A stretch of 64,000 nt of DNA from an uncultured Candidatus Thioglobus sp. (GTDB lineage: Bacteria > Pseudomonadota > Gammaproteobacteria > PS1 > Pseudothioglobaceae). The DNA is taken from the NCBI GenBank assembly GCA_964558405.1, contig CAZLDG010000001.1, forward strand, positions 14,326-78,325, read 5' to 3'. The notes under the pieces were generated by a model. It was given only the letters and a program-made list of their open reading frames with translations, searched no databases and was not told the DNA's origin. Shown here one piece after another: positions 1 through 13,524 of the stretch. A program made the position numbers and the translations under genes. Position 1 is the first letter of the stretch; each line of letters begins with the position of its first letter.

Positions 1-1431
1 TCACTGCCTTCACGAGAGATTATTGCCTCTTCGATTGAAACGGTAATGAATGCGCATAAGCTTGACGCTATGATTGCCATTCCCAATTGCGACAAAATTG
101 TTCCAGGCATGATTATGGGTGGGCTACGCGTTAATGTGCCGACGGTATTTGTCTCTGGTGGTCCAATGCAAAAAGGTCATACCAAGGATGGTACCGCCAT
201 TGATTTAGCCACAGCCTTTGAAGCAGTGGGTAAGCATGAGACTGGTGAGATGAGTGATGCTGAACTCAAAGATATTGAGTGCAATGCCTGTCCAGGTGGT
301 GGTAGTTGTTCAGGTATGTTTACCGCCAATTCCATGAACACTTTGATGGAGGCCATGGGTATCGCCCTACCAGGCAATGGTACGATTTTGGCACTAACGC
401 CTGAACGTGAGCAGCTGTATCGTCAAGCAGCCAGACGCGTATGTGAGATTGCCTTGATGGAAAAAGCCGAGGATCGCGAGAAGTTTAATATGCGTAACAT
501 CCTCAACGAGAATGCTGTGCGCAATGCTTTTGCCGTGGATATGGCCATGGGTGGTAGCTCAAATACCGTGTTGCATATGTTGGCGATTGCCAAAGAAGCC
601 GAAGTGGATTTCAACATGGAAGACATTAATAAGACTTCGCAGCGTGTGTCGCATATCGCTAAGATTTCACCATCGCTATCAACCGTTCATATGGAAGATA
701 TTAACCGAGCTGGTGGTGTAAGTGCAGTGATGCACGAGATGAGCAAACGTGGCGAGGATATTCTTCTAGATAACCCTACCGTAACTGGCGAGACAATCTA
801 CGAAAAGATCAAAGATGCAAAGATTCTAGATACCAATATTATTCACACCATTGACAATCCGTATTCAGAGGTGGGTGGCTTGGCCGTGTTGTATGGCAAT
901 CTGGCTGAACAGGGTTCGGTGATTAAAACCGCAGGTATCACGGGCGATCGCGTCTTTACCGGTAGTGCTGTGTGTTTTGATTCTCAAGATGAGGCCATTG
1001 CTGGCATTAAAGGCGGCAAGGTAAAAGCTGGTGATGTGGTGGTGATTCGCTATGAAGGCCCTAAAGGTGGTCCAGGCATGCAAGAGATGTTGGCACCAAC
1101 CTCACTAATCATGGGTATGGGCTTGGGTGATAAGGTTGCCTTGATTACCGATGGACGTTTCTCTGGTGCGACTCGTGGCGCCTCGATTGGTCACGTTTCT
1201 CCAGAGGCGGCTGAAGGCGGTATGATTGGCCTATTAAAAGATGGTGATGAGATTCATATCGATGTAGATCAATACATTCTCAATGTAGATCTCAGTGATG
1301 ATGAGATTGCTAAGCGTCGTGCTGCGTTTAAACCACTGAAGAAAACCTTAACCTCTAAGTGGTTGCAACAATACCGCTTATTGGTAACCAACGCCAGCTC
1401 TGGCGCGGTGCTTAAGACTGATTGGGACTAA
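1..1431 (+). CDS. ilvD: Dihydroxy-acid dehydratase, C-terminal part (5' end lies upstream of the window)
   Basis: Frame 1 is open from nt 1 ([15 protein letters not shown] precedes the tracked Met at 46). Motifs [23 protein letters not shown] and [12 protein letters not shown] are typical of the IlvD/Edd family. Stop at 1429-1431. Confidence 0.95.
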   Translation, partial: SLPSREIIASSIETVMNAHKLDAMIAIPNCDKIVPGMIMGGLRVNVPTVFVSGGPMQKGHTKDGTAIDLATAFEAVGKHETGEMSDAELKDIECNACPGGGSCSGMFTANSMNTLMEAMGIALPGNGTILALTPEREQLYRQAARRVCEIALMEKAEDREKFNMRNILNENAVRNAFAVDMAMGGSSNTVLHMLAIAKEAEVDFNMEDINKTSQRVSHIAKISPSLSTVHMEDINRAGGVSAVMHEMSKRGEDILLDNPTVTGETIYEKIKDAKILDTNIIHTIDNPYSEVGGLAVLYGNLAEQGSVIKTAGITGDRVFTGSAVCFDSQDEAIAGIKGGKVKAGDVVVIRYEGPKGGPGMQEMLAPTSLIMGMGLGDKVALITDGRFSGATRGASIGHVSPEAAEGGMIGLLKDGDEIHIDVDQYILNVDLSDDEIAKRRAAFKPLKKTLTSKWLQQYRLLVTNASSGAVLKTDWD

Positions 1432-1448
1432 GTTAAAAAATCAGCAAT

Positions 1449-1479
1449 AAAAAAGGCGGTTGTTATAACCGCCTTTTTT
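1449..1479. terminator. Bidirectional rho-independent terminator between convergent ilvD and rnr
   Basis: A-run 1449-1454, stem GGCGGTT (1455-1461), loop GTTAT, stem AACCGCC (1467-1473), T-run 1474-1479. Confidence 0.8.
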
Positions 1480-1496
1480 GTCTCTGGCTGCTTGTA

Positions 1497-4962
<3,466 letters not shown>

Positions 4963-4971
4963 TTAAGTTAA

Positions 4972-5925
4972 TTATTTATTTTGTGAGAGAAATTTAAGGT
5001 CGAATGAGAAGCCAGTCGCCGCTCGTGATTGACCAAAAGATTCACCAATACCATTGTAACGTCCACCTTGTGCCAAGGCTTTAGAGTAGTTTTGGTTGTA
5101 AGCCGAGAAAATAACGCCATTATGATAACCATAGGCCTTAATTTCTGCCAAATCATAGACTACTTCAACACCGGTTTTTTCCAGGTGCGTATGCATATTT
5201 TGCAACTCAGAGATGGCGTTTTGAATGGGTTCAAAGCCTGTAAATACTGACAAAGCCTCTTCTAGGATTTCCGCACCCCCTTCTAACTCCATCAATTTGA
5301 TAAACTTTTTGGCATTTGTCAAAGTGTTATTGGCAATAAAGACGTTTAAATCTGGCGTTGAACGTTTAACAAAGATTTGTCTAAGTTGGCTGGCCTGCTC
5401 AGGGCTAATATCCTCACCCTCGAGTAGCGTATTAAAGATGGCCACATGACCAATGCTAAGTACTACTGGAGAAATCTCTAACACCGCCATGCTTTGTAGC
5501 ATCAAATCAATCGCTTCAAGATCACTGGCAGTATCATTAGAGCCGTAAAGCTCAGCACCTGCTTGGATTGGTGAGCGAGATGCGTAAAAATCATCAGCAC
5601 GCGTTTGTAAAATGGCATTTACGTAGCAATATTTTTGCTGTGTATCACTACCACGTTTGGCATCAATACGCGCAATTTGCGGAGTAATATCGGCATGTAC
5701 ACCCAACATTTTTCCACTGGCCGGATCTAAAAACTTAAAAGTCTTTTCGTTAACTTCGCTACTGTTTAGTAGCATGGAATCAACATTTTCCACCATTGGC
5801 GGAATCACCAATTCATAGCCATTTTCACTATATAAATCAATGAGTTGTCGACGAATGCGCTCAAACTTGGCAGCATTCTCACCCGTTAACTCGTCGATAC
5901 CCTCAGGTAATTGCCAGCTACTCAT
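4972..5925 (-). CDS. hisZ: ATP phosphoribosyltransferase regulatory subunit (HisRS-like, non-catalytic)
   Basis: 317 aa class-II aaRS-like core (ELVIPPMVE, KMLGVHADITPQIARI, YGYHNGVIFSAY). It sits between hflC and purA, as in many beta/gamma-proteobacteria. Confidence 0.75.
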   Translation of the reverse strand: MSSWQLPEGIDELTGENAAKFERIRRQLIDLYSENGYELVIPPMVENVDSMLLNSSEVNEKTFKFLDPASGKMLGVHADITPQIARIDAKRGSDTQQKYCYVNAILQTRADDFYASRSPIQAGAELYGSNDTASDLEAIDLMLQSMAVLEISPVVLSIGHVAIFNTLLEGEDISPEQASQLRQIFVKRSTPDLNVFIANNTLTNAKKFIKLMELEGGAEILEEALSVFTGFEPIQNAISELQNMHTHLEKTGVEVVYDLAEIKAYGYHNGVIFSAYNQNYSKALAQGGRYNGIGESFGQSRAATGFSFDLKFLSQNK

Positions 5926-5930
5926 TAAAA

Positions 5931-6788
5931 CTATTTGGCCTCTGGATTAAAGTGACGGAAGAACTCGGTATTTGGATTGAGTACTAAAATATCATTTTGT
6001 TTGTCAAATGACTTTTTATACGATTCCAATGAACGATAGAATGAGTAGAAGTCTGGGTTGTTGTTATAGGCTTTTGCATAGTTATTGGCACTAATTGCAT
6101 CACCCTCACCACGAATTTTCTCACTATTACTATAAGCATCTGCCACAATAATCGTACGCTCACGATCAGCATTGGCTCGAATCTTTTCAGCCTCTTCCGC
6201 GCCCTTTGATCTGAAGTCTTTGGCAACACGCTCACGCTCGGCTTGCATACGACGATAAACCGAGTTAGATACCTCTTGTGATAGGTCGATACGCTTAATA
6301 CGCACATCTAGCACTTCAATACCAAATTCGGTGACATCTTTTTTCGCCAGGCGGGTAATGTTGTTCATGATCTCACTACGCTCACCTGAAACCACTTCAG
6401 CAATGGTACGCTTAGAAAACTCACTCTTGAGTCCAGTTTTAATAATTTGCGCCAAACGGTTATTGGTTCTGGCGATATTACCACCAGTTGATTTATAGAA
6501 CTGCTCAGCATCGGTAATACGCCACTTTACATAAGAGTCCACAATCACGTTTTTCTTCTCACCGGTTAGAAAACGCTCCGCTGGTGCGTCCAGTGTTTGA
6601 ATACGATCATCAAACTTCACCACGTTGTTGACAAACGGCATTTTAAATTTAAGTCCTGGTGTTCTTTCTACTTGTACAATCTCACCCAAGCGTAGCTTGA
6701 TAGCGGTTTGGGTCTCGTTCACGGTATACAGTGAAGAGCCTAGTACAAAGACAATAATTGCGCCTAAGGCCAGTATTACTTTTTGCAT
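5931..6788 (-). CDS. hflC: Protease modulator HflC (SPFH/band-7)
   Basis: 285 aa with one N-terminal TM and an SPFH domain. Its start shares 1 nt with the hflK stop. Confidence 0.9.
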   Translation of the reverse strand: MQKVILALGAIIVFVLGSSLYTVNETQTAIKLRLGEIVQVERTPGLKFKMPFVNNVVKFDDRIQTLDAPAERFLTGEKKNVIVDSYVKWRITDAEQFYKSTGGNIARTNNRLAQIIKTGLKSEFSKRTIAEVVSGERSEIMNNITRLAKKDVTEFGIEVLDVRIKRIDLSQEVSNSVYRRMQAERERVAKDFRSKGAEEAEKIRANADRERTIIVADAYSNSEKIRGEGDAISANNYAKAYNNNPDFYSFYRSLESYKKSFDKQNDILVLNPNTEFFRHFNPEAK

Positions 6789-7960
6789 TATCTTACCTCC
6801 CTAGTGCGGAAAACACCTCTGGCATTTTTAGCCGGTGCGCTATTTTGTGTTGACGCATCTTTAATAACAATCTCGGTATTGGTTGTTCTGTTTTCAATCA
6901 GTTTATCAACCGGTAGATACATCATTGAATTCGCGTTTGAATCCACTACAACCTTAGAAGTGCTTGATAGTACGCCTTCCATAGTCTCACGATATAGGCG
7001 CTCCTTGGTTACCTCAGGGGCTTTTTCATATTCGCCGAGGATTTGCTTGAAACGCTCAGCCTCACCCACAGATTTAGACACCACTTCAGATTTGTAAGCC
7101 TTGGCCTCTTCTAGCATACGCGCTGCCTTACCACGGGCTTTTGGCAGAATGTCATTTGAATAGGTTTGTGCCTCATTAATCAAACGCTGCTTATCCTCAC
7201 GGGCCTTTACTGCATCAGAAAAAGCTGCCTGTACTTGCTCAGGCGGTTGTGCATCTTGCATGTTAACGGTGGTAATCACCAAGCCGGTTTGATACATATC
7301 TAGTAGCTCTTGTGATTTCTCTTTCACACTGTCTGCCACATTAGAACGACCTGCAGTTAAGATGTAATCCATGGTGTTTTTACCCACTACTTCACGAATG
7401 GCGCTTTCTACCACATGACGCAAAGTCATCTCTGGGCCAGCCACGTTAAACAAATAAGCTTGTGCATCATTAATCTTATATTGCACCGCAAACTTGGCAT
7501 CAATCATGTTTTCATCTTTGGTTAACATAATGGATTCGCTAGAAACATTACCGCCAAAACGACGCGAAGAAGCGTTGACATTACGATAACCAATCTCGGC
7601 AGTTCGAATTTGTTCAACATTTACACGATTTAGGGTTTCAATTGGATATGGTAGGTGCCAATGCGGACCTTGAGAAGTTTCTTCTTGGAAGGCGCCAAAA
7701 CGTAGTACCACGCCTTTTTCTGCCGGGTCGATAATATAAACACCGGAAACCATCCATAGCAAGAAAGCCAGAATAACCAGGTATTTCAAGCCGCCAGCAG
7801 AGGGCATAGACGGGGTTTTTACCTCGCTAGGTCCAGTGCCTTTGCCGCCAAACATGCCGTCAAATTTGTTTTTAAAATCTTTAATTACTTCGTCGAGTTC
7901 AGGTGGGTTTTGATTGTTGCCACCCCAGGGGTTTTGATTGTTGTTGTCGTTCCAAGCCAT
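6788..7960 (-). CDS. hflK: Protease modulator HflK (SPFH/band-7)
   Basis: 390 aa. Asn/Gln/Gly-rich N-terminus, a single TM and an SPFH domain, immediately upstream of hflC. Confidence 0.9.
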   Translation of the reverse strand: MAWNDNNNQNPWGGNNQNPPELDEVIKDFKNKFDGMFGGKGTGPSEVKTPSMPSAGGLKYLVILAFLLWMVSGVYIIDPAEKGVVLRFGAFQEETSQGPHWHLPYPIETLNRVNVEQIRTAEIGYRNVNASSRRFGGNVSSESIMLTKDENMIDAKFAVQYKINDAQAYLFNVAGPEMTLRHVVESAIREVVGKNTMDYILTAGRSNVADSVKEKSQELLDMYQTGLVITTVNMQDAQPPEQVQAAFSDAVKAREDKQRLINEAQTYSNDILPKARGKAARMLEEAKAYKSEVVSKSVGEAERFKQILGEYEKAPEVTKERLYRETMEGVLSSTSKVVVDSNANSMMYLPVDKLIENRTTNTEIVIKDASTQNSAPAKNARGVFRTREVR

Positions 7961-8103
7961 GTTGCTTTAAACCTAATAATTGAATTAATAACCTGAATCA
8001 TTTTACCCAAAATAAAACCAAGAAGTCCTTTGAATAATGCAACTAATACAAACTGAGTTTATGGTGTTAAAATGAGTGCTTTTATATGGTGAATTTCAAG
8101 GCT

Positions 8104-10260
8104 ATGAAAAAACCTTTAGTTGTTAGCTCTCTGGTTTTATTCTCTATTTCTTCTTATGCTCAGGTGGTACTCAATTGCCAGCAAGAGTCTTTGTTATTTC
8201 CCAAACAAGTCTTATCTACTAGTCATGACACTCTAGATGTATTGGCTGATCATAGTCAGATTAGTAGCAAGGATCATTATTCACTCAGTGGCAATGTGTC
8301 GCTAAATTCAAGCGAATATTATTTGGCAGCTGATCGTGTTGATATTCAAAAATCCAACAAAACTTCAACCGCCAATGGCCAGGTTAAATTCCAAGATGCT
8401 GAGATTATGCTCACTGGTGAGCGCGCTATTATTAAAAAACAAAATGGCGACACCCATACCACCCTAGAGCAGGTTAACTTCCATTATCCCGATTCGCGTA
8501 TCAACGGCCAGGCGCAGCAGATTGTGAGTAGTGGTGGCGTGCAGGTCTTTGACGCAGCTAACTACAGTCTATGTCCTGTTGGTAATAGCGATTGGCGCAT
8601 GAATGCAGATAAAATTACCCTTAATACCAACACTAATCGCGGCCAGGCCGAGGATGTGAGTATTGAATTTTTAGGCGTTCCAATCTTTTATTCGCCGTTT
8701 CACTCTTGGGTGTTAGAAGGACGTGGCTCGGGCTTTTTAGCACCATCGTTTTCTAGCTACAATGAATCGGTAGCGGGCGAGGACAATAGCTACCAGGTTC
8801 GTATTCCTTATTATTTTAATATCGCCCCTAATCGTGACTTTTTACTCACACTTAACCAGCTCTCTTCCAGAGGTAGTGTGGTTGAGGGCAAATATCGACA
8901 GCTGATTGAACCAAATCAGTATTGGGATCAAGGGCGCTTTGAATTAGAAGCGCATTATTTGGCCGAAGATGACATTACAAGCGCTAAGCGTTGGTTGGCA
9001 AAATCTGATGTTGATTTAAGCTTAAATGCCAAGACGCAATTAAGTCTTAATACCCACCGAGTATCCGATACCAACTACTTTAAAGAAATTGCCCACGATA
9101 ATACCTCTATCTCACGCTTGAGTTCACAAATCAAACTGGCACATATTGATCGTGAGCAGAATCTTAATATTGGCCTATTCTCTGAGGATGAACAATTGGT
9201 TAATGGCGGTAGTGCTGAGTATACCCGTGCACCAGAGTTCTCTATTAGCAAGAGCTTTAGCGGTCTAGAGAATCGCCATTTAGACTTATCTTTGGTGAGT
9301 ACGCAATTCAAGCATGATACGGCAACTGACACTGGCGTGCGTACCCATGCTCAAGCTGTACTGAGTCAAAGTATTAATACCCATGCTTACCAGCTGAGTC
9401 CGAAACTAATACTCTCTAATACGGACTACGCACTAGATAATCAAGCCGATCAGTCTAAATCGATGGCCAGATTTGCCTTGGAAGGTAAATGGTTCTTAGA
9501 AAGAGAATTATCCCTCTCTGGTAAAAACCTAGTACAAACCCTAACCCCAAGATTTGCTTATCACTACAGTGATGAAAAAGACTTAGGCGTTTATTATGAT
9601 TCTGAGCTTAAAAGTGATTCATATACCAACCTGTTCTCAGGCGAAAAATACACCGGGCTTGATCGCGTCGCTAAGGCTAATGACATCGTCTGGGGCTTAG
9701 AGTCAGAGTTTATCGATGCTGATAGTGGCGATACCTATCTCAGCTTAAAAATGGCACAAGCCTTATATGGTGATAATGGCACTGACAGAGACTATTCTGA
9801 TATTGCTGCGGGCATGGACTTTAAACTGGGCGACCTAGTAATCAATACCGAGCTCCAATACGATCCACAAAGCAAGCAGGTGGATAAAACCGATAGCGCA
9901 CTTACTTATCGCCTGGGCAAACGTAAATTTGTAACTCTAGCACATCATGACGATGGTTCACAAGAGTCAGCAGAAGCCTACGTGGTTTATCCTTTGACTG
10001 ATAAAGTGCATGTATTTGCCGGTGTTAATCGCTCTTTGACTGATGCCATTACCAATAAACAGACTGGCGGTATTGCCTATGAGTCTTGTTGCTGGGCGTT
10101 GCGTCTTGCACACTTTAAAGGACATATCAGTGGTGCTGATTATGATCACGTCACCAACTTTGAGTTGGTCCTTAAAGGCCTGGCTTCCACCTCGCCTAGC
10201 TTGCGTAGAAAACTAGAGGCCGAGATTCCAAATTACCTGGCCGATTTAGATAATTACTAA
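8104..10260 (+). CDS. lptD: LPS-assembly outer-membrane protein LptD (OstA/Imp)
   Basis: The ORF is open from 8086. The Met at 8104 gives a clean signal peptide (MKKPLVVSSLVLFSISSYAQ) with AAGG 6 nt upstream. OstA N-domain plus a large beta-barrel. Followed by surA, as in the canonical cluster. Confidence 0.88.
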   Translation: MKKPLVVSSLVLFSISSYAQVVLNCQQESLLFPKQVLSTSHDTLDVLADHSQISSKDHYSLSGNVSLNSSEYYLAADRVDIQKSNKTSTANGQVKFQDAEIMLTGERAIIKKQNGDTHTTLEQVNFHYPDSRINGQAQQIVSSGGVQVFDAANYSLCPVGNSDWRMNADKITLNTNTNRGQAEDVSIEFLGVPIFYSPFHSWVLEGRGSGFLAPSFSSYNESVAGEDNSYQVRIPYYFNIAPNRDFLLTLNQLSSRGSVVEGKYRQLIEPNQYWDQGRFELEAHYLAEDDITSAKRWLAKSDVDLSLNAKTQLSLNTHRVSDTNYFKEIAHDNTSISRLSSQIKLAHIDREQNLNIGLFSEDEQLVNGGSAEYTRAPEFSISKSFSGLENRHLDLSLVSTQFKHDTATDTGVRTHAQAVLSQSINTHAYQLSPKLILSNTDYALDNQADQSKSMARFALEGKWFLERELSLSGKNLVQTLTPRFAYHYSDEKDLGVYYDSELKSDSYTNLFSGEKYTGLDRVAKANDIVWGLESEFIDADSGDTYLSLKMAQALYGDNGTDRDYSDIAAGMDFKLGDLVINTELQYDPQSKQVDKTDSALTYRLGKRKFVTLAHHDDGSQESAEAYVVYPLTDKVHVFAGVNRSLTDAITNKQTGGIAYESCCWALRLAHFKGHISGADYDHVTNFELVLKGLASTSPSLRRKLEAEIPNYLADLDNY

Positions 10261-11153
10261 TGATGATTAAAGCCCTATTCTTAACAGTTTTTACCACCTT
10301 TAATGCATTGGCGGCTAACAGCATTATCGCCCTGGTAGATGATGAAATTATTACACTAGAGACCATTAAAGCAGATATTAAACCAGGTTTTAACACTGAG
10401 CAAAAGCGCGAGGTGGTGAACCAGCATATTGATATTATGCTACAACTCGCTGCTGCCAAAAAAATGGGCATTCAGCCCAAGCCTGAATCTATCACCGCTA
10501 CACTAAACGGTGTTGCCAAGCAAAACAACATTAGCCTGACGCAATTACGTGCACTGGATGAGTTTGAGCCCTTGGTAGAGAGTATTGAAAACAGCCTAAC
10601 ACTAAGAGGTCTAAAGCAAATTATTGCCAAAGAAGCTAAAGTAGCGCTAACGCAGATTGAGATTGATGCAGCGCTTAAAAATAACCCGGGCGATGGCACT
10701 CTAGAGCGACAAATTAAAGTGGCACAAATTGTTATCTCTTCCATTGATCAAACCGATGCCCTTTTGCAGTCACAAGATGCACTGATTAAAGAAAAATTAC
10801 TAGGCTTTAAGGCGCAGTTGGATGCGGGTGAGTCTTTTGCCAAGCTGGCCAAGTTACATTCTCAAGATCCTTCGTATAAAGATGGCGGAGTTTCTGCCTG
10901 GCTAGACCCTAAAAAACTACCACTTGAATTTACCCAGGTACTAGATGCTCTAGAGGCTGACCAAGTCTCAGAGCCTTTTAAAATAGGTCAGGCTTGGCGC
11001 TTGATTAAACTCGCTGACAGTCGTCAAGTGGATAAGCATTTAGACGTCATTAAGGCAACCCTGGTGCGTCAAAAGCAAAATGATTACTTTAATAGCTGGA
11101 CACAAAAACTCAGGGACAAGGCTTATATAGAAATCTTTGAACATAAGCTCTAA
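10260..11153 (+). CDS. surA: SurA-like periplasmic chaperone / parvulin PPIase (short, single parvulin domain)
   Basis: 297 aa. Signal peptide MMIKALFLTVFTTFNALA, a SurA N-domain, one parvulin-like segment and a SurA-type C-terminal helix. TAATG overlap with lptD. Confidence 0.72.
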   Translation: MMIKALFLTVFTTFNALAANSIIALVDDEIITLETIKADIKPGFNTEQKREVVNQHIDIMLQLAAAKKMGIQPKPESITATLNGVAKQNNISLTQLRALDEFEPLVESIENSLTLRGLKQIIAKEAKVALTQIEIDAALKNNPGDGTLERQIKVAQIVISSIDQTDALLQSQDALIKEKLLGFKAQLDAGESFAKLAKLHSQDPSYKDGGVSAWLDPKKLPLEFTQVLDALEADQVSEPFKIGQAWRLIKLADSRQVDKHLDVIKATLVRQKQNDYFNSWTQKLRDKAYIEIFEHKL

Positions 11154-11896
11154 TGTCCAAATCCATCTATATCTTTGGTTTTCATGCCCTACAAGCGCAG
11201 CTAGAATCAAATCCAGAATGCATTGTCCGTGTTTTTGCACTGGATAATCGCAAAGATAAGCGTCTTGGTCAAATCACTGAGCAATTACACCAATTGGGCA
11301 TCCATTGGCAATCAACCCATAAGCAACAACTGGATAAGCTGGCCAAACAAGGCTCACATCAAGGCGTGGTAGCCGAAATATTACTGCCTACCCTACCCAA
11401 TCAAGCAGAACTAATCCCTTATCTGGACAAACTAGACAAACACAAATTAATTTTGGTACTGGATTCCATACAAGACCCTAGAAATCTCGGCGCTTGCCTA
11501 CGTTCAGCCAATGCCGCTGGTGTGGATTGCGTGATTGTGAATAAAGATGGCTCAGCACCCATGAATGCCTTGGTACACAAAACTTCGGCTGGCGCCTTGA
11601 ATCAATTGAAAATTTTCCAAGTTACCAATCTTGCGCGCACGCTAAAAGCCTTGCAAGAGAATGGTGTGTGGATTGTGGGTTTAGACGGGCACACTGAGGA
11701 TTCCATTTACCAGGTTGATTTAACCAGCTCTGTGGCTATTGTTATGGGCGCTGAGGGTTCAGGTCTACGGACACTAACCAAAAAAACTTGCGATCAACTG
11801 GTCAAAATCCCTATGCAGGGCAATGTTGAGAGTCTTAACGTGTCTGTGGCTACCGGTATCAGTCTGTTTGAGGCGACGCGACAAAGATCATCTTAA
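11153..11896 (+). CDS. rlmB: 23S rRNA (guanosine-2'-O-)-methyltransferase, SpoU/TrmH class (RlmB-like)
   Basis: 247 aa. SpoU motifs LDSIQDPRNLGACLRSA, VMGAEGSGLR and ESLNVSVATGI. TAATG overlap with surA. Confidence 0.85.
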   Translation: MSKSIYIFGFHALQAQLESNPECIVRVFALDNRKDKRLGQITEQLHQLGIHWQSTHKQQLDKLAKQGSHQGVVAEILLPTLPNQAELIPYLDKLDKHKLILVLDSIQDPRNLGACLRSANAAGVDCVIVNKDGSAPMNALVHKTSAGALNQLKIFQVTNLARTLKALQENGVWIVGLDGHTEDSIYQVDLTSSVAIVMGAEGSGLRTLTKKTCDQLVKIPMQGNVESLNVSVATGISLFEATRQRSS

Positions 11897-12207
11897 TAAA
11901 GCGCCACGCTTTGATCCACTTGTTTGGCCCAAGCATCAATACCGCCTTGAAGGTTAATCACTTGCTCAAAGCCTGATAATTCTAAGTATCGAGCCACTTG
12001 CATTGAACGAATGCCGTGGTGACAAATAATCACTATCTCCTGGGTCTTGTCCAAACGATCCAGTTGTTGTGAGACCTCTCTCATTGGTATTAGCAGTGAA
12101 TTTTCCAAATGACATTTTTCCCATTCCCAAGGCTCACGCACGTCCAGTAGTAGTGGCTGATGGCTTTTTAAGTGTTGTTGTAGCTCAGTAGCGCTAAGAT
12201 TTTGCAT
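11893..12207 (-). CDS. Single-domain rhodanese (sulfurtransferase)
   Basis: 104 aa. Active-site loop IICHHGIRS, and LLDVREPWEW, typical of GlpE/PspE-type rhodaneses. Starts 3 nt downstream of the VWA gene stop. Confidence 0.8.
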   Translation of the reverse strand: MQNLSATELQQHLKSHQPLLLDVREPWEWEKCHLENSLLIPMREVSQQLDRLDKTQEIVIICHHGIRSMQVARYLELSGFEQVINLQGGIDAWAKQVDQSVALY

Positions 12208-12210
12208 GAG

Positions 12211-13524
12211 TTAATTCAGTTGAATTCGCTGACCCCAAGGCACAGCCTCTTTGCCTTTAACCAGCCACAACACCGGATAATTTGGCTCATACTTGGGAAA
12301 TACACCCTTGGCATCGGTAAAATAAATCAGTAGCTTTTCATGGTTATCTTGTGTATTTAAATAATCAAACACCGGGTTGAAATTGGTGCCTTTACCACCG
12401 CCCAAACTTGCTGGAAACTCTAGCTGCTCCCAGGCCTCAAAGCGCCAAATATGCTGTGGTTTTAATTGCTCATCGCAGGCCATCAGCGTAATGCTGGCAC
12501 GAATATTGCCCTTAATTGCGTCTACCTCAGAGACAAACTCATCAATCTCCCCCTGAGTAATGGAGCCTGAGGTATCAATGGCAATACTTAGATCAATTTG
12601 CGCTGAACGCAGTGTTGGGAGAATGGCGTTGCCTTGACGTCTGGAAGGACGATTATAAGAAAAATCATCTCGAGCCAAATTAGACATGTATTGCGCCAAC
12701 AACGATTGCCAAGACACTTGTGGCTGCAAAAAGAAATCCACCAGCTTAGCAAAGGTTTCATCTAACTTTCCCGCCTGGTGTGCAAGTTGTGCACTGGAAG
12801 CTAGATTTTTTTGCCATTGACTGGCCAAGCTGTTAATCTCATCTGGAGTCAGTGGTTGAGGCTTTTCAGCCAGCTGCTCGCTTTGTTGATTGGCAGATGA
12901 AGCACCAGAGCCTGAACTACTGTCGTTAGAGGATTCACCCTCTAAGGCATCTTCAGCCATACCGCCGTCCGAGCTCTCCTGCTCATCCTCAGGATTGTCA
13001 TCATATAGGTGCTGATCAAAGGGCTCTTCGTCAATATTGTCATCAATCATTGGGTAGATTTCTTCTGCAATCATGCCCTTGTATTTATGAAAAATTGGCA
13101 GATTCAATGGCGGGGTAAAGCCTTCCTTCACCAATAGAGGATTAATGGCAAAATCACAGGCCAAATCCCATTTGTGTTTGTCGCGATTACCACGACGCGC
13201 AAAATGCGTCAGCGCACAATGTAGCGCTTCATGAATTAAAACAAATTTGATTTGCGAATTGTCACAATTGTCAATAAACTCAGGATTGTAATAAAAACAT
13301 TTGGCATCGGTCGCACTGGTTTTGCACCAAGAGCCTGCAGCTTTGAGTTGCAATCTAAGCACCAGATTGCCCAAAAACGGTCGATCTAGAATCAGTTGTG
13401 TTCTGGCCTTGGTGAGCTTGTCTTCAACGCTTTTTAAATCAATCTCTGGCGCTGGGTCTTGAAGCAATTCTCCATCGACAACCTTGTGATCTTCCTCTTG
13501 CCAAAATTTATACTCATCTACCAT
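12211..13524 (-). CDS. HExxH metallopeptidase-like + VWA domain protein (DUF2201-type), partner of the AAA+ ATPase
   Basis: 437 aa. HEALH is encoded at 13219-13233. An acidic/Ser-rich linker follows (DDNPEDEQESSDGG...SSNDSSSGSGASS). MIDAS motif DTSGS is encoded at 12562-12576. The start overlaps the preceding gene by 7 nt. Confidence 0.75.
   Translation of the reverse strand: MVDEYKFWQEEDHKVVDGELLQDPAPEIDLKSVEDKLTKARTQLILDRPFLGNLVLRLQLKAAGSWCKTSATDAKCFYYNPEFIDNCDNSQIKFVLIHEALHCALTHFARRGNRDKHKWDLACDFAINPLLVKEGFTPPLNLPIFHKYKGMIAEEIYPMIDDNIDEEPFDQHLYDDNPEDEQESSDGGMAEDALEGESSNDSSSGSGASSANQQSEQLAEKPQPLTPDEINSLASQWQKNLASSAQLAHQAGKLDETFAKLVDFFLQPQVSWQSLLAQYMSNLARDDFSYNRPSRRQGNAILPTLRSAQIDLSIAIDTSGSITQGEIDEFVSEVDAIKGNIRASITLMACDEQLKPQHIWRFEAWEQLEFPASLGGGKGTNFNPVFDYLNTQDNHEKLLIYFTDAKGVFPKYEPNYPVLWLVKGKEAVPWGQRIQLN

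Noticed and set aside
4972-5925. hisZ is only 317 aa, so I considered a truncated pseudogene.
   Set aside because: The frame is uninterrupted, and the start and stop are cleanly placed between hflC and purA. Short HisZ forms of about this size are known in other bacteria.
7905-7943. A 15-nt direct repeat GGGTTTTGATTGTTG (7905-7919 and 7929-7943) at the 5' end of hflK.
   Set aside because: It is in frame and encodes the duplicated NNQNP motif of the Asn/Gln/Gly-rich HflK N-terminus. It is a low-complexity coding repeat, not a regulatory or mobile element.
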